A stretch of 39,629 bases of DNA. Source: Clostridia bacterium (GTDB lineage Bacteria > Bacillota > Clostridia > Oscillospirales > CAG-382). The translations under genes and the position numbers were made by a program. Under the pieces are notes generated by a model. It was not told the origin of the DNA. It saw only the letters and a program-made list of their open reading frames with translations, and made no database searches. The stretch is from the NCBI GenBank assembly GCA_017629895.1, contig JAGBWF010000119.1, positions 1 through 39,629 of the forward strand, given 5' to 3'. This document shows positions 38,365 through 39,629 of the stretch, in pieces; positions within the stretch are counted from its first letter, which is position 1, and each line of letters begins with the position of its first letter.

Positions 38365-38433
38365 GGCTTTTACCTCCGTTTTTCTTAGGCGTTCGTACTG
38401 AGCCGCAGAGGACCGCCCGTAATTTAACGACCA

Positions 38434-38462
38434 ATTATATCACGAAAATCAAGAAAAATCAA
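38434..38462 (-). promoter_or_regulatory. Near-consensus sigma-A promoter for rplS: TTGATT, 17-nt spacer, TGaTATAAT
   Basis: On the - strand: ttgatt (38457-38462), 17-nt spacer ending in tga, then tataat (38434-38439). About 70 nt upstream of the rplS ATG. Confidence 0.6.
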
Positions 38463-38544
38463 GTGTTTTTGAGGATTTTTCTATATTTTTTATGTATTTC
38501 AATATATTGTATGTGCTCTCACACACGATACTCAACGTATTGTA

Positions 38545-39126
38545 TTATTTAGGCAATTTGCGGAGCGGTGCCTGAAGAATAAACACGAGTATCAGCGCGA
38601 TGATCATATTTCCGAGCATATAACTGCCGTTATAAACGAGCGAATAGAGGTACGACATATTATCGCCGAAGGTCATTCCGAAGATGCCCACCGATTCGCC
38701 GACTGCGATTTTATATATCGTTACGCCCGAAATATAGTGAATAACGAATCTCGCGAACGCGGCAACAACCGCGCCGACGGGAAGTCCCCATTTTTCGTTT
38801 CTGAAAAAGCCCGCAAGTCCGACAGCACCGTACGCCAGAACGTAATCGAGAAGCACGCTCGGCAGACCCCAGCCGATACCGCCTGCGATAAGGCACTCTA
38901 TAAGTCCGAGCGCAAGTCCTGCGGGGATTGCCCAGCGGAAGCCTCTGCGCCAGCCGAGGATGATTATCGGCACCATAACGAAATCGATGCTTCCGCCCTG
39001 AGCCCAGAGGTCGATTCTGAACGGCGGGAAGCGCAAAAGCGAAAATACGGTTGCCAGCGCAACAAGTATCGCAGATTCGCAAAGTGCGCGAAGGTTGATT
39101 GCTCTTTTTGTTTGTTTCAGTTTCAT
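38545..39126 (-). CDS. thiT: ECF transporter S component for thiamine (ThiT family)
   Basis: Start chosen at ATG 39126 (MKLKQTK). Six-TM S-component with GGSIDFVMVPIIILGWRRG. Directly downstream of a TPP riboswitch. The longer ORF reaching 39252 runs through the riboswitch terminator. Confidence 0.85.
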   Translation of the reverse strand: MKLKQTKRAINLRALCESAILVALATVFSLLRFPPFRIDLWAQGGSIDFVMVPIIILGWRRGFRWAIPAGLALGLIECLIAGGIGWGLPSVLLDYVLAYGAVGLAGFFRNEKWGLPVGAVVAAFARFVIHYISGVTIYKIAVGESVGIFGMTFGDNMSYLYSLVYNGSYMLGNMIIALILVFILQAPLRKLPK

Positions 39127-39197
39127 ATTGTTGTTTTTTCCTTTCCGGAACGGCGGAAACACTTCTTTTTGCCCCAAAATACAAGGGTCGGGCTTCC

Positions 39198-39228
39198 CAA
39201 AAATAAAACCCCCGAAAAAATCGGGGGT
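39198..39228 (-). terminator. Riboswitch expression-platform terminator
   Basis: On the - strand: cccccga-tttttt-tcggggg, followed by ttttattttt. On the + strand the stem is 39209-39215 pairing with 39221-39227. Confidence 0.85.
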
Positions 39229-39244
39229 CATATAACTGAGTATT

Positions 39245-39345
39245 GCACACAAAAGGCTTGTGCGCGCTCCCTACGTCGGCATTATCCGCATCAGGTTCCT
39301 CGGGTATGTTCTCAGCCGTATTTTCATACAGCACCCCGTTAATAT
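39245..39345 (-). promoter_or_regulatory. TPP (THI-box) riboswitch
   Basis: The - strand reads GGGGUGCUGUAUGAAAAUACGGCUGAGAACAUACCCGAGGAACCUGAUGCGGAUAAUGCCGACGUAGGGAG. This matches the conserved GGGGUGC, GGCUGAGA, ACCC, ACCUGAU, GGAUAAUGCC and CGUAGGGA elements. Confidence 0.95.
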
Positions 39346-39379
39346 TGATTTTTAATAAGCAGAGCTCTTGCTTGCAACC

Positions 39380-39408
39380 ACTATACACCCAAAAGCTCGG
39401 TTTGTCAA
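39380..39408 (-). promoter_or_regulatory. Sigma-A type promoter driving the TPP riboswitch and thiT: TTGACA, 17-nt spacer, TATAGT
   Basis: On the - strand: ttgaca (39403-39408), 17-nt spacer, tatagt (39380-39385). About 35 nt upstream of the aptamer. It overlaps the stop of the upstream ORF. Confidence 0.6.
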
Positions 39409-39629
39409 GAAGAAATTTCTAGATCCTTTGCGTTATATTCCTTAATTTCGACCTGATCGCCGAAATTTTCATAGCTTAGCTTCGCAACGATATGAAGCTC
39501 TACCGTATAATCGGACTCGGGAACGCTGTATCCCGGAACGTACGCCGGCGTATCGAACAGCTTTACGTCGAACTCATACCGCACGCCGAGCACTCTGCCG
39601 TCCTTCACGGTATACACGCATTGCGCTTC
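39405..39629 (-). CDS. Hypothetical protein, C-terminal fragment (5' end outside the window)
   Basis: The frame stays open to the window edge (upstream of the listed GVG start it reads E-A-Q-C). Composition looks coding. No recognisable motif. Confidence 0.35.
   Translation of the reverse strand, partial: EAQCVYTVKDGRVLGVRYEFDVKLFDTPAYVPGYSVPESDYTVELHIVAKLSYENFGDQVEIKEYNAKDLEISS

Noticed and set aside
39127-39388. The N-terminal extension of the thiT ORF (to 39252) and the overlapping 225-aa - strand ORF at 38711-39388.
   Set aside because: Both run through the TPP riboswitch aptamer and its terminator hairpin. The ThiT-like sequence begins at MKLKQTK (39126).
1-39629. A window-wide scan for CRISPR repeats, transposase or integrase genes, inverted terminal repeats, tRNA/rRNA genes, phage modules, toxin-antitoxin pairs and known defence-system hallmarks.
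   Set aside because: I found none. Every large ORF has a confident housekeeping or sporulation assignment, or is a single uncharacterised membrane protein. I therefore do not claim a novel multi-gene system here.

Overview
This window looks like a core chromosomal segment of a spore-forming Firmicute, probably Clostridia, with moderate GC and AT-rich intergenic islands. About 38 protein genes sit in tight, mostly housekeeping operons. On the + strand: ruvC-ruvA-ruvB-methyltransferase; ecfA1-ecfA2-ecfT-truA; a DUF5711-like membrane protein, cvpA-like, pgsA, a ClpE-type AAA+ unfoldase and a P-type-ATPase homologue; a DUF1858 protein, mscL and a BadF-type kinase; rnj and an M48-like peptidase; argS; yebC-nadD-yqeK-rsfS-leuS-GDPD. 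On the - strand: murA; spoIIE; a LysM-GH18 spore-cortex-type hydrolase; a metallophosphoesterase; rplS-lepB-rbgA-rnhB-yraN-thrC; and thiT behind a clear TPP riboswitch with a terminator expression platform. I found no CRISPR array, transposase, integrase, phage gene, toxin-antitoxin pair, or tRNA/rRNA gene, and no recognisable defence island. I therefore cannot claim a novel system. The most unusual object is a 930-aa P-type ATPase homologue (11604-14396) that keeps the fold-level signatures but has lost the DKTGT aspartate, the TGES glutamate, PEGL and GDGVND. It sits 19 nt downstream of the ClpE-type unfoldase. Other points worth a second look: a tandem 62-bp repeat with three perfect AAAAYGC-N3-GCRTTTT palindromes upstream of ecfA1; an orphan promoter-plus-terminator pair that could be a small RNA (32615-32770); and a spoIIE promoter with a Spo0A-box and a 21-bp spacer. 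All product calls come from motif recognition by eye, and no database search was run.
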